Positions 23,458 through 36,769 of a DNA stretch of 64,000 bases are shown here, piece after piece (position 1 is the stretch's first letter; each line of letters begins with the position of its first letter). The stretch comes from Octopus sinensis (lineage: Eukaryota): positions 5,890,001 to 5,954,000 of the forward strand of contig NC_043014.1 in assembly GCF_006345805.1 (NCBI RefSeq), read 5' to 3'. Both the position numbers and the translations under genes were made by a program. Under the pieces are notes generated by a model. The model was not told the origin of the DNA and made no database searches. It saw only the letters and a program-made list of their open reading frames with translations.

Positions 23458-23763
23458 GGAGGCACAATGTCCCAGTGGTTAGGGCAGCGAACTCGCGGTC
23501 ATAGGATCGTGGTTTCGATTCCCAGACCGGGCGTTGTGAGTGTTTATCGAGCGAAAACACCTAAAGCTCCACGAAGCTCCGGTAGGGGGTGGCGATCCCT
23601 GCTGTACTCGTTCGCCACAACTTTCTCTCACTCTTTCTTCTATTGGCCTGCTCGCTTAGCCAGCGGGGTGGCGTCATTTGAAGGCTAAAACAATGCGAAG
23701 CGCATTGTGACCAGCGATGTGTAGCAACATCTGATAGCCTGGTCGGTCACGTAATCACGTGAT
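23458..23763 (+). mobile_element. Second tRNA-derived SINE family, full length
   Basis: A-box-like ggcacaatgtcccagtgg, B-box ggtttcgattccc, tail ...ctggtcggtcacgtaatcacgtga. Confidence 0.8.
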
Positions 23764-23873
23764 ATATATATATATATATTTGTTTTGCAAGATTTTTGAT
23801 GTGAAATCGTGTGTTGAAACAGATATTGTTGTATTTAGGAATGGCTAAACTGGCAAATTGACCATTCCTAAAT

Positions 23874-23927
<54 letters not shown>

Positions 23928-24454
23928 TTTTACATATTTTAAATGCCGGAATACTTCAATACTGAATTTTTGTTCCGTAGAGGCACGTTGTTACCGAAAT
24001 GCAATTCGAAAAGCCCGCCATTTACATAGATGTGTAGGGGATGAACAGTCATATATGCTGCAGTGGATACGACGGTTTTCCGTCTGGCATGTAGATTTTG
24101 TTCATTCAGTATATATCTTGAATTCGTTGTACTGACGAGCAAGGAATGCAGATAATGCATTGATTGCGAAATCACAGGTGATCTGCAACTAAATTCTGTT
24201 TTTAAATGACTCGCTTCGAAAATTGCATTCTGTACGATTTGTTTATTTTGGTAGTTTTGACTTTACAAGTCCCTCCTAGCGTGCGGCATTTATGTGTAAT
24301 AATGACCTCAATATAATATAAATAATTATTTTCAAGTGAAAAAATTTACAGATTTTTTCTCTTATGAGATTTTTCACGCTAACTACATGATAATTTCTGA
24401 TGAAGATTTTATCCTATTTTTAAATTAAAATTTATATATATATATATACATATA

Positions 24455-24842
24455 GGCGCAGGAGTGGCTGTGTGGTAAGTAGCTTGCTAACCAACCACAT
24501 GGTTCTGGTTTCAGTCCCACTGCGTGGCATCTTGGGCAAGTGTCTTCTGCTATAGCCCCGGGCCGACCAATGCCTTGTGAGTGGATTTGGTAGACGGAAA
24601 CTGAAAGAAGCCTGTCGTATATATGTATGTATATATATGTGTGTATGTGTATGTATGTGTTTGTGTGTCTGTGTTTGTCCCCCTAGCATTGCTTGACAAC
24701 CGATGCTGGTGTGTTTACGTCCCCGTAACTTAGTGGTTCGGCAAAAGAGACCGATAGAATAAGTACTGGGCATACGATTTGCTCGACTAAAGGCGGTGCT
24801 CCAGCATGGCCGCAGTCGAATGACTGAAACAAGTAAAAGAGT
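24455..24842 (+). mobile_element. tRNA-derived SINE (octopus-type), full length
   Basis: ggcgcaggagtggctgtgtggtaag...ggtttcagtccca head; paralogous to 21171-21576. Confidence 0.88.
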
Positions 24843-24994
24843 AATATATAGTATAATATAAAGAAAATAGAGCGTTTGAATACACTAAAATCAACTTATT
24901 TACGTAAGAATAATCCTGAGAGAATAATTCTGTAATCGACTGTTATGTAAATAAGTTGATTTTACTGTATTCAAACTTGCTGTCTTATATTTTA

Positions 24995-26030
24995 CTAGCA
25001 GAAGTACCCGGAGTTCCTCAGGAGGATTGTTTTTGATACTTAATAAACCTCCTATGTCATAAATAACGTTAACAGCAAATTGTAACATAATTGATCGCTT
25101 ATTGTATCAAAATTGTAACAAAATTGGTTGCCTGGTACCGCTAAAGATAAGCGGTAGCAATTTGATACGAGGTCCTAGAAGAGCTTTAATGTGTTCTCAG
25201 ATGGTGTAAAAATCACGGATGTAGTAGCCATGAAAAGGGATTTTTTTGTCGTTCTCAAAACGGTAGCAATTTGATAAGAAGCCCTGAAGAGCGTGAAGTG
25301 CCTACAATACCTCTCTGTAGACCACGTTTTTTGTTTTGTCATTTGGGGCAAGTACGAATATATTTTGTTTATTTCCAATTCTGGAGCATCCGACATATAA
25401 CTCGCCATGAGAGAAACATGGCCCGCCAAAATGGAGGCCTGCCGTAGTTAAGGTTTGGCCTTGGGACTTATTGATTGAAATGGAGAAGCAAATTCGAAGA
25501 GGGAACAAGTCGACGCAGCGGGCAGGGAAATTCCTTATCTAATGGAGTAAGAAGTATTCTAGATATGAATACATCGTCTTCCATGCCGCAGCGTCTGACG
25601 CAGCATCTGACCCCTTTTTCACGTACTTGCAGACATACTTTATCGACTTGACGGAGTTACAATATTTAACGCTGATGTGGGCATTGAATACTTTAACTAG
25701 AAGGGGGCAGTAGGGGACAATCCACCTGTTGTCGACGTCATGTTTACCAATTTTCGCAATAAGTCTTCTATCTGCTGGCCTTCCAGCGACGGAGAAAATT
25801 TCTTGGATACCTCTTGCTGCACCTGTTTTCTTTAAGGCATGGCGACGTCATACTAAACCCACTTTCACATAATCTGTTCACAATGTGCGCTCTCACTATA
25901 TCGTAGAGGTCTCTGTCCAAATTTTGGTCAGAGAGCTCTGCAGAAATAATACTCTCGTTGAGAGCTAAATGAGTATATGGGCGTGTGGTAGGTTTCTCTT
26001 TTGCCACTCAACCTAACGTCTCCAAACACC
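24995..26030 (-). mobile_element. Internally deleted Helitron (Rep remnant, PIF1-type helicase C-terminus, 3' hairpin and CTAG)
   Basis: 25768-26007 IISAELSD...LYDIV...SPC....CSKRYP (Rep region). 25302-25508 FPLRICFSISINKSQGQTL...FSHGELYVGCSR...TKNVVYREVL (helicase motifs V/VI). Hairpin at about 25007-25023, then CTAG at 24995-24998 followed by T. Confidence 0.88.
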
Positions 26031-26039
26031 TTCCTTTTT

Positions 26040-26639
26040 TGAATGAGTTCCGTTAGTGATTTCCGGACACATTGCAATATCTTTGGAAATGTCTACAGGA
26101 ACGATATCGATGCAACCGAACTTTTCGAAGAAATCCTCGATTGCAGAATGCTACTTTCAGGTCGCGAACACCTCCAAATATCAAATCCTGAGGAGCTTCT
26201 CCAATTTATCGTCCAATATGGAGATGAAAGTGTGTTCCCTAACCTTCGTGTTGAGATACAGATTCTGCTGACAGTAGCTGTTTCCATTGCTGGCTGCGAG
26301 ATCCTTCGGCACGCTGAACCTGATCATATCCTTCCTGAGAGCTTCTATGACACAAGGAAGACTCCGCGACCTCGCATTGCTGAGCATCGAGCGAAAACAA
26401 GTGCAGAGCACCAATTTTGATTGTATCATTGGCAACTTTGCGTCGATAAAAGCTAGAAGGGCACTCCTTCAAAATAGTCAATGTCTACTAGCTCCATAAA
26501 TAAATTTTACGAATACTTTCTGAGTAGACAACTGTTTCGTTTTCTCTTAAAAATGGGTCGGATAGGTTAGGTTTGGAAACTGAGTGGGGCACAAATCTCG
26601 GCTTTGCCCTGGGCGCCATTTACCCTAGCCACACCACTG
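26040..26639 (+). mobile_element. hAT transposon 3' fragment (C-terminal dimerisation region and terminal repeat)
   Basis: SVFPNLRVEIQILLTVAVSIAGCE, then (frameshifted) FGTLNLIISFLRASMTQGRLRDLALLSIE...IIGNFASIKARR. Ends ...ccctagccacaccactg. Confidence 0.85.
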
Positions 26640-27165
26640 GTTGTGGTATATATACATGTTGGGAGGACCAATACTTATTTCTCCTGCTTTTTGAAAGACA
26701 GTTCATGTAAGTTCCATAAACCTTACAGTGAAAATTTTGTGATATTTCTAAAGGAGATGATGAATATCTTAAATAGATGAGAGGTAGGAATGGAGTGGAA
26801 GACTTTGCTGATTATTAATGGCAAATAGAATGGTATGTTGTTGAAGCGATCATGTATTTTCTGTGCTATGTAATGCGATGGTTCATGGTCCTTGTCAGAA
26901 TCCGAATTGTAATTTGAAAACTCAGATGTCTGAGAAAGTAGCATCAAGTATTAGATTTTCTAAGGCTGTCAAAAAGAAGCTGATATAATTCTATGCTGGT
27001 ACTATATTTGGGGATTTTGCTGAATCATGAGACAGAAGACGAAATACTGTTAAACGAAATATTTTATTTTAGTTTTGAATACTTACTGAAAACTAGTACA
27101 TTTTATTTTAACAATAGGCGTATATTAAGGAAAATATTAGGTTACGCAATTAAAATTTTATATTA

Positions 27166-27171
27166 TTTATT
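27166..27171 (-). terminator. Candidate polyadenylation signal of copy A (homologous AATAAA at 45575-45580 for B and 59792-59797 for C)
   Basis: AATAAA lies ~40-60 nt after the stop codon in all three copies. Confidence 0.5.
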
Positions 27172-27207
27172 GTAATTCACACATATAGTAGTACATTTAA
27201 TTTCTAT

Positions 27208-27707
27208 TCAATATTTACTGCAAACAACGCAGGTTAATTCTTGACCATAGACATACGGTGGACATGGCAATGAACCACAAACAGCCTCAACGAAATATAA
27301 CAAAACTCCATTTTCGTTTCTGTAACCTGCTGGATCAGTTTCTGGTGCATGATCCACACACACATATACTTGTCTGCCATTATATCCATGATAAATGGTC
27401 ATCAAATATCCCGAATACTCAGCTGTCCAACCAGGGTAACACTGTGTCCTGGCTGGTAACATCATAACAACAGCGAGTTGTCGTGTCAAACAGACAGCGC
27501 ACGGAACGTTGTGATCATAAAGTGATTTAGCAATAGCAAAAGAAAAGAGTTTATTAGTTGGGTAGAATTCTATTTGATATTCACTGCCATAAATTGTAAC
27601 CCCAGTTTCAAATTTTGTAGTATAATTGGCTCAAATACGGTCGTAGGGTAGATATAAGAGATTACTTCCTCCACCTGTTTGGTCACACCATTGTCCACCA
27701 ACGACAC
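27208..27707 (-). pseudogene. Copy A exon 4 (C-terminal Cys-rich domain) with premature stop
   Basis: (G)[29 protein letters not shown]...[10 protein letters not shown]...[22 protein letters not shown]. Confidence 0.88.
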
Positions 27708-29258
27708 CTAGAATAGATAAGTATAAAAAAGATATTAAGCAAAGTTAAATATGAAATAACGGAAACATTGGTAACAAGTTATCTTATCCTCGCGTATGAA
27801 CGAATTGTGGTGTATGTGTTAGTGTTTATGTGAGTGTAAGCTGTGTATTGCTGTATGGGAGTGCGCATCAGTTCGCAGCTGTGCGTTTGTCTTCTCCTCC
27901 TGTATATATGTTGTGTGTATACGGGTAGGTATTTGTGGTTGGGTTGTGTATTGCATGGGGTAGACGTTTGTGTGTGATGTTAGTAGATGGAGAAAGGAAA
28001 TCGGTTTTGTAGTGCATGTCGCCGTGTTTTCTCGAAATGGAAAAGACGTTCACGTTTGAACGGGGATATTTTTGGTGGTGGAGACTGCACGTGGTTTGAG
28101 TAGGACAATACGAGAGAGGGCAAGATGCAGAGAACTGGTGTATGACCGGTGATGAAATGTTGTTTTGTCGACCAAATGGGCGTGGGTGGCTAAACCTATC
28201 GGTTGGCCTCGGACCAGTCAGATGTACATATACTTTAGGATCACACAGACTTCATTTCATGCAATGCATGAACGAGATGGGGATGGAGAATCGTGAAGTT
28301 CAGGAATGGCGTATTGCTTAAGATGAATGGACTGCGGGGTCGGCGACCGATAAAGGATATGTGTAGGGTTTATAGAGAGCAGATTCTCGGTATTTCTAAT
28401 GGATGTGAGGTTGATTGGAGAAAAGGTGGTAAGCAGCTGCTTTGAACTGGAAATATCGGAATTACCTTACAGAGATATACTGGACAATTAATGAGGTGAT
28501 GTGGTGCAGGAAAAGAGCAAGGTTTTAGCGATAGGACGATTTCGGCGAGGCGGAGAAGAATAGAAGTGCAATATGCACTCAGTTGTGTTTTCTCTGTAAT
28601 ATACTAGTCTCTCTGTTTTACGTATTAAATACAGCCCTTAGCTTTGTCCATTAGTTACAGTGTGTGATTTGTCCAGTCCACATTGTACATTCTGCGTTCA
28701 TCTCATTAACAATTTACAGTCATTATCATCAATTCTAATTAGGCCTTGTTCAATTTAGTCTATAACAACAATCAACAGGCACTCTAGTGAATGTTAGTCA
28801 AGCTGCCATTCTTCACCTGTGGTCACACTCGTACAAAACCACCATCCGTAGCCAGTACAATTTATCACCAATTAGCAGGCTTGGTATTTGATATCTACAC
28901 TCCATACAAGTCAGCCAGGGGTTCTTGATCGCTATACTGGACTTCAGTCTAGCCTCTGTAATTTAACGTACAGATATCTATATTCTGTGGTTAGACAACA
29001 TCCTTTTCATCTGGTCAACACTAGACAACATTTTAAATTCTGATTTGACCAAATACATATGAAGGAGTAAGCAGACTTGTGTAGACTCTATATATCGTTT
29101 CAAATGTGATATATCACATGATTTGCTTGAGTGTGTGTGCGTGTGCGTGAGAGAGGGGGGAGAGAGAGAAGAACGATACAAAGAGAAAATGAGAGGAATA
29201 AAAAGAGAAGAGAAAGATAAAATGAGAAGGAAAGGAAAGAAATACAGAGTATACTAAC

Positions 29259-29331
29259 CGTCATATACAAGTTTTGAATAAGGAGGACAACTTGTATACC
29301 CACCGGGTATACAATGATCCGGGACCGGGTT
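29259..29331 (-). pseudogene. Copy A exon 3 with 2-bp deletion
   Basis: tttcacag|aacccggtcccggatcattgtatacccggtgggtatacaag...gacg|gttagt. Confidence 0.85.
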
Positions 29332-29699
29332 CTGTGAAATTAAAATGAAATAATGTAGTTTAAAAGAAAGAATTCTTGAATCCTATAGAAAGGAAGTTGT
29401 TGGCTTGGAAGGAATTGATAGAGAGGAGAGAAATTTAGAATTTAAGAGAAAAAGAACGAGTGAATGAATGAAAATCAGAATGAAAGAAGTAAATGATTCG
29501 CTAAGAATAAATTTTAAACGAAGAAAATTAGTCATTTGTCTATTGAGCCTGTTGTTGACGTTGATGTCAACGAATTGAGAGATTAATCTCAGAATATCAG
29601 AATGTGTATTTGTCTCCCTTAAGAACGGATGTTTGTTTTGTAGTTGAACTTGGATGTGAGTATATATATATATTTGTTACCATAATAATGATAAAGTTC

Positions 29700-31450
29700 T
29701 TCTTTTATAGATATGTAGGCCATATTACCAATTCTTGGCACCTGATTGGTCAATTACAAATATCAGCTTGGTGTTTGACACGAATAAGGCCATCATAGCT
29801 ACAATATGCAAAGGGCTCGAAGGAATAGCCATACCGCGTCATCCATCGAAAGGGATAACAGTATTTGCGTCCGGATCTTGAGTAGAGGAGTTCGTTCGAG
29901 AAATATATTGCCGTCTCCACCCAACTCAATGTGGGAAGAATGGGGAGGGAATACAAAATATGCGTGTTCCAGGACCCCGAAGCAGGTCCAGAAGGGATCA
30001 ACCGTTCATAATTGAGAATTAGACTGTCAAAACCGGACGAGACAAAACGCTGCCTGTTATATATAATCGGTGTCTCTTCAAGAAAGCTTCATTGCTTCGG
30101 AGGCGTACGCTTGGAAGTAGGTTGGAAACTCCACCGTGCAGTTGTGCCACCAATTATGTCAACACAGGCGGAAGTGGGATGCTCACAATCCCTGGCTTTC
30201 GGATTGGATTATGGAGTGTATCCCACTAGGTATTAAGGGATATCTCCTGAAGCTTAGGCAGAATGAAGGAAGTAAGTGTACCCAATAGTGATGTCAAATA
30301 CAAATCCTTCTTTAACAAAGTCAATGCAGCTTTGGATATATTTGGGGTAAAGTCATTTGTCCTACAAGGAGACTTCGGTGCACACCTCGGCACTGGTAAT
30401 CGTAAGAAGGATTGATTGGGTGGAATGACGTCAAAGACCTTAATGAGGCGTCCATACTAGCCTTCTTTGCAGGAAAGGACTCTCTATGATATAGATATCG
30501 TTTTAAGAGAGGGATATTTATAAGGGTACTTGGAATAGAAATGCTTAGTGACAGAGGTTTCCGATAGATGTTGTTGATAGGTGATGCGATAAGAAAAAGA
30601 ACTGGTTTTCGACCGGTACTTTTTCAACTGAATACTTATTGGAACTACAGTCACTTAACAGAAATAAAGCTCCTGGAGACAAGTACGTTCGGGTTGACAT
30701 TTTGAAAAAAATTATATACATTCTCTGAGTGACCCGTGTATGCTAGGTGGATGGGACCTCTAGAAAAACACCAAGGCTATGGCAATCCGGGGTGATAATC
30801 ACGCTTTAATTATAGAAAGTTCTACACTGCATGTCTGGAAACGATATGTTGGGAAGTTGTCGCGCCCAAGATTACTGTCCTGGACGCAGTACACCCGACC
30901 AGATAATCGTTCAAAGGAAGATCTTCGAGAAAACGTTGAAATATTTCCAAGGGGAATACGCCGTAAACCATGAAAAGGCATCACACGACATGCCGTGTGC
31001 TATGTTGCGGATGGTTTACCAGGAAGGTGAGATTAATGGGCAAATACTGGTTGCCATAAAGTACTTCAACGGATGTCCAAATGTTTGAATTTGCGTAAAC
31101 GTCGAACCATTTCAAGGTGGCAGTTGGACTTCAGTAGAATTGCACATCCTTAGTGCCCCTTACCATAAATTTTATTATCTGGATGGACATGTCACAGCCA
31201 TTGTGGGAGCTGTATCTCATTTCGTCTGTATGGGGTCGGTCGACTGCTCTTTGCAGACGACGTGCTGCTATCTGACTCATATCATGTTCACTTTCGACAT
31301 GCATTGAATGGGTTGGCTGCTGAGTGCTCCAAGGCAGGGATGACTAACACACACTCTGCAGGAAAGTGGAACATCGTTACTTCGGGAATCTATTCACGAG
31401 TGATTGGAAGCACAAGACTGAACAGATTGCTAACTTCTAGATATAAATGC
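29700..31450 (+). mobile_element. Old RTE-clade LINE remnant in intron 2 (shared with about 48320-50050 and 62590-64000)
   Basis: EN-like IIGVSS...GWKLHR...STQAEVG and GDF.AHLGT. RT-like KAPG, PGRSTPDQ and GRLLFADDVLL...[14 protein letters not shown]. Confidence 0.8.
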
Positions 31451-31841
31451 ATTGATGCGCTAGGTCGGGCATTCGATTCTCAGACGAACAATAGTTGGTA
31501 CACTTATCGACGTAGCACTGCATACACACACACACACACTCATATACACACGATTTCATAGTATAAAACAGTAACATTTTACTAAGGAAATTATTATAAA
31601 GTAGAATATATTTTAAAATAGATTTAGGCGTCTCAGTATATATTATAGGGGAAATATGTATTAGTGATGTAGAACCAATTCAATGTTGGTGAAATTAGAA
31701 ATCACTAGTTAAGGAAACAAGGGTAAATTAATTTAGCTAAACAGTGTAGAACTGAAAGCTGAATTCTTTATAATATTTAATCTCATTCCTGAACATTTCT
31801 TCAATGCTTTTGTCTTATACAATATAAAAATTAGTTCTTAC

Positions 31842-31887
31842 TTGGTGCAGGTTTATCGTCGAGAGATTTCCTGGAGATGAAACGGTT
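31842..31887 (-). pseudogene. Copy A exon 2 ([15 protein letters not shown])
   Basis: ttctttcacag acceptor, 46 nt, GTAAGA donor. Confidence 0.85.
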
Positions 31888-32794
31888 CTGTGAAAGAATA
31901 GGAACAGCATCACATAAATAGAACTTGGGAGTATTTATTAACGTTTAGAACTTAAAACGATGCAATAGATGACATATTGGGACAGCTTCTTACGAAGATG
32001 TGAGAGGGATATCGACATTGATAATGTTTCCAATCTATAATATCGTGTTACATCTTGCCGGTTTGCTTGAATTGCTCGCCCTTCTGTGCATCTGGTACTC
32101 TTTTTTATTTTATTTCATGCTTGCATATGGCAAATCATACACATTAAAGAGAAAGAGAATAATCCTGTTGTTTATCAACGACTGACTAATTTCGTTGTGT
32201 AAATTCCTGTTAATTTGAAGTTTGCTAGAGACGTAGAGCTGCGTAATATTCTGCTGACGTAAACACAAATGTCCCGACGCCAACCTTTCATGTACGGCGT
32301 CCTAATCCTTTTCCGCTGCGTGCTTAAACGAAACTCTGAAGGGAATATGATGCAATATTTAAAAGTTGTTTGAATCCATGCAAAAAGCTCCGTTGCCTTG
32401 AGTCTGTTTAGCGTAGTTATCCATCATGATCAGTGAAGAGTCGGACATTTCTAACATTAATAGTGTTACAGTTTGTAGCCAGACGATGTGGTCATGCTGG
32501 AGCATCACCTTCAGTGATACTGGTGAATAATATTCCGGATTTAAGCTGGAATACCAATATATCATTTGGCGTTCAATCGAATATCACAAAAATTAGTAAG
32601 AAAATTGTTAGGGAACATACATAGAAGGTTATTAATTGATTGCATACGAAAGGGATGAGGATTAGATTTCCTGTATACTGGTGCTATATTAACTCGTTAT
32701 ACACTCCTCAAATATAGACAAATGTATATATGGGGATATATATAAGTATGTATGTATGAATATATATATATATATATGCATGTATATATATGTG

Positions 32795-32863
<69 letters not shown>

Positions 32864-32939
32864 ATAAATATTAGGGAATAAATCCAAATTTACAGGGAAA
32901 AATCAGATTTAGGATTAAATCGATTTTATAGTAAAATAT

Positions 32940-33272
32940 TATAAAATATTATTAGAGACAAAACCACTATTTTGCAAAACAAACAAGGAAAGACTTAATC
33001 AATACATAAAATTTTAATAAATAGTCAAAAAAACCGCCACTACAATCGTTTCTTGTCTTTATCGACAATCTTCAGGTGGACTTCCAATAATTCAGTGTCA
33101 AATTATGAAGACTTCATAATTTGACACTGAATTATTGGAAGTCCACCTGAAGATTGTCGATAAAGACAAGAAACGATTGTAGTGGCGGTTTTTTTGACTA
33201 TTTATTAAAATTTTATGTATTGATTAAGTCTTTCCTTGTTTGTTTTGCAAAATAGTGGTTTTGTCTCTAATA

Positions 33273-33282
<10 letters not shown>
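32940..33282. repeat. Perfect palindrome, 171-bp arms around a 1-nt centre (33111); A-specific insertion in (TA)n
   Basis: Arms are exact reverse complements by eye. Absent from the matching site in copy B (about 51300). Confidence 0.92.
33143..33185 (+). ncRNA. Minimal type-I hammerhead ribozyme (mirror copy on - strand at 33037-33079)
   Basis: CCAC-CUGAAGA-UUGUC(gauaaa)GACAA-GAA-AC(gauu)GU-A-GUGG, a canonical core with cleavage after 33181. Confidence 0.82.
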
Positions 33283-33334
<52 letters not shown>

Positions 33335-33337
<3 letters not shown>

Positions 33338-33830
33338 CATACAAAATGAGACAAGAACGCAAAACATCCGGTCAACTAAGCGATACAAAAAGGGACAACA
33401 AAACATCCAGATAGACGATACAAAAAACACGGACGGGTCATTCGAAGCCTTTAATCATGAGTCAAGGACCGAATCATCCTCGCAATTACGGCTGATTAAT
33501 CTTGAGATTGCTCCAATCTGGCCATCCACAAGGAAAATCTAAGCTAAGAGCATTTGATTCCTGGTTTAAAAAAGGCATCGAATGTATACGAAACAAAGAC
33601 GGTAAAACGGACGATGTTATACGAATATAAATACAAAAAAACAATAAAAAATAATAATAATAACAGGACATAGCAACAGGCGTCTTTCGACAGGAGACGA
33701 ATTGAATTCAGCTGGCGTGTTGGGAGTTAAGCCTTACGGCAGAGGAAAGGATATCGATGTGGCAGTGACTGTGGTCAAACGCAAAGGGTTAGCAGTCGGT
33801 CACGTGAGAAGAGAAGAGAAGAGAGAGAGA
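33335..33830. repeat. Interspersed repeat shared by A and B intron 1 (B about 51325-51820)
   Basis: Alignable ~500 bp block bounded by (TA)n. Contains the cagtcggtcacgtga motif also found at the SINE tail near 23740. Confidence 0.65.
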
Positions 33831-33856
33831 AGGAGGAACAAAGGAATTAAATATAA

Positions 33857-33947
<91 letters not shown>

Positions 33948-34512
33948 CAGATACACACACGCACATATAAATATATTCATACATTTCTATAGACATATAC
34001 ATATACATCTGTATATATATATATGTGCGTATGTGTGTTTGCGCGCGTGTGTATGTGTGTATGTGTGTGTTTGAGAGTATTCTTAAGGAATATAATAAAC
34101 CTGACTCGTTAAAAAGTGGTAGATAAGTTGTTTTTTTCCGAAATTTGTCTCTTTCACCTGTTAACTACTGGAAAATTGGATCTCCCTGTCTGTTGCTTAG
34201 GCTTTATCCGGTCTGTAAGATTTGTTTCATCCCCTAGTTCGGAGGAGAAAACCCGTCTTCATTCACATTTTTTAACGTTAAGACTTTTAGCTCGAGTTTT
34301 GAGCCTTTCCTCACGTCCGCCACGTAGAAAGATTAAAATTTCTTTTGTCTTTGTGTATAATCTGACGAACTGTCTAAAGGGCTTTGGCTTCGTAGATGCG
34401 AAATCTTAGTCAACTCTACGCCCAAAATATATATTTTTGTTGTAATATAGACATATATGTATACGTATATAATAATATTTTACTAAAAAGCAGTAAAAAT
34501 GTCACCTAAACT

Positions 34513-34621
34513 GTTACTCAAAGTTTTCCGTTCCCGTTCGTCGGAAGATTTGTTTAGAATTGACTCTAATTGATTCTAAACAAAACTGTCCGTCGAACGG
34601 AAACGTGAAACTCTGAGTAAC
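34513..34621. repeat. Imperfect ~110-nt hairpin made of two inverted copies of the hammerhead-bearing repeat seen at 21640
   Basis: gttactca...tcggaagatttgtttagaat|tgactctaatt|gattctaaacaaaactgtccg...tgagtaac. The core here is mutated (CCGUCGA). Homolog at 53188-53296. Confidence 0.8.
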
Positions 34622-34746
34622 GATTTTTTTGGTGATAATTTTGCTGCTTTTTAATGAAGCATATTTCTCTACCTCTGTATTCGAGTACTATTCTTTCCAC
34701 CTGTTTCGCATTTCTGTACTTACTCTGGTGTACACACACACACACA

Positions 34747-34795
<49 letters not shown>

Positions 34796-35780
34796 TATAT
34801 ATATATATATACATATATAGGTATCTATACATAATTATATTTATATTCACAAGATATATAAACTACAAATATCACAAATATATGTATATGTATTATCTAC
34901 ATATATGCATACACACACACCCCTATATGAGTGGATATATACTGTTTAGTGTGTTTGTGTGTGTGAGTGAGTGTATGTATGTATGTGTGTATGCATGTAA
35001 ATATGTATGTGTGTGGGTATGTACGTCTACATATAACTATGCATGCATTCCTCTGTGTGTGCGTGTGTGTGTACGTCTATATATGATCCAGAACGTAACA
35101 GGTTGCAGCGAGAGAGTGTGGCCATGCTGGAGCAGAAATTTTAGTGCTATTCTTTCATTACGCATTTATGTCCCGCCCCTGGAATATCCGTGTTGAAACT
35201 GCGATCAGACAGCAGTGCAATTCCTCTTTTCTTTGTGTTCCCTAGGGATACACTCTGAAGTTATCTATCTATCTGTCTATCTGTCTATCTATCTATCTAT
35301 CTATCAATTTATCTGTCTCTCTCTTTCTCTCTCTCTATATATATATATATGTGTGTGTGTGTGTGGGTGTATATATAAAGTTAATCCAAACAAGAAAGCA
35401 CAAAAAATCACAACAACGCGAGGACGAGGAACAAATATAGTAATATTGGACGCTCAGGAAAGAAGGATATATTAACGTTTCGAGCGGAGCTCGTCGTCGG
35501 AAACTTAGAAAAAGGAAAGATCCAGAGAAGGGATGACAGAGGGAAAAAATCCCCAACGGTACACACGCGGTCATATATATATATATATATATATAAGTGT
35601 ATGTATATGCATATACATCCCTATCTACCTGTGAATGCGCGTGCATATGCATACACTCGGGCGCACAAACACACAAACAAGCACCCCTCACACACACACA
35701 CACATACACACATACACACATACACACATACACACATACACACATACACACACACACACATATATATATATATTATGTAT

Positions 35781-35829
<49 letters not shown>

Positions 35830-36115
35830 TATGTATATATGTTGTGTAAAAATAGGTGTGTGTGTTGTGTATGAGTGTAAGTGCGTGTGTGAGTGTGTGT
35901 GTGTGTTTAAATATATATATATAAGTGTATGTATATGCATATACATCCCTATCTACCTGTGAATGCGCGTGCATATGCATACACTCGGGCGCACAAACAC
36001 ACAAACAAGCACCCCTCACACACACACACACGCTGATATGTTTCCTGCATTTGCACTCGAAATATAGCAAGGCCTATGCTTACACTTTCCCCTAAAAACA
36101 AAATTCATTACTTAC

Positions 36116-36259
36116 TGCTTGTGATTTCTCTTCCATTTTTCCAATTCTTGAATCTTGGCGAAGATTCGTTATGGTTAGAACGAGTAGAAACCCAAAAGTT
36201 ATGAGGGAAGAAATGGAAAAACGCTGCGAAATATTCCGAGACAGCTGCGCCAAATCCAT
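36116..36259 (-). pseudogene. Copy A exon 1 ([48 protein letters not shown])
   Basis: 48 codons then GTAAGT; same protein sequence as B exon 1. Confidence 0.88.
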
Positions 36260-36769
36260 TATGGTGATTGTTGTCGTTGGTACGTGATATTGCGCTTTGG
36301 TTCAACAATTCATCGAATGTGAGACCTAAACTGAAGGTCTCAACCTATTTATTTACCGAGCACAGAATCTCTCGGCCCTGCCGTCAATCGTATCATAAAT
36401 CTATGAACCAACGAGACTGCTAGAACTGAATATGTGGGTGTGAACTTATTTGACTGGTGTAATTATTGGATAGAAATGGCTTGCTGATGTGGCACATTAC
36501 TTGCGAAAATATTTTGATGACGTTCGCATAAACTTATAAGATGAGAGCACGGTTTCAATTTAACGGCGGATTCTGATTTATTGCCGAATGGTTTTATTAT
36601 TTGCTTTTTGTGGAAACCTGTCGACAAAGCAGTTTTGATATTCAGTGAGGGAACTACTTTGTGTGCGATATATAACTTATTGCCGTCCACGGTTATTCGA
36701 AGTTTGTTCCTAACATCTTCAGAATAAAATTTCATTCCAGATAATAAATTTACTTACTGTTAATATAAT

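Larger units (their letters stand above)
27208..36259 (-). pseudogene. Paralog A, short-chain collagen C4-like pseudogene (exons 36259-36116, 31887-31842, 29331-29259, 27707-27208)
   Basis: All splice sites are intact. Exon 3 is 73 nt against 75 in B and C (frameshift). Exon 4 has TGA at 27631-27633 where B and C have TGG (PIW), and a conserved Cys is lost (LCLP to LYLP). Confidence 0.85.

Noticed and set aside
23458-23540. tRNA gene
   Set aside because: Only A/B-box-like head without a full cloverleaf, followed by a SINE body. The same applies at 24455 and about 2850.
33430-33470. Hammerhead on the minus strand (and at about 51430-51460)
   Set aside because: CUGAUGA is present only in B, stem II does not pair, and the GAAA core is broken in both copies.
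36108-36308. ORFs 36108-36308 and 56608-56829 (…[17 protein letters not shown]…)
   Set aside because: Wrong frame. The overlapping frame MDLAQ… is the one conserved with copy D and in phase with exon 2.
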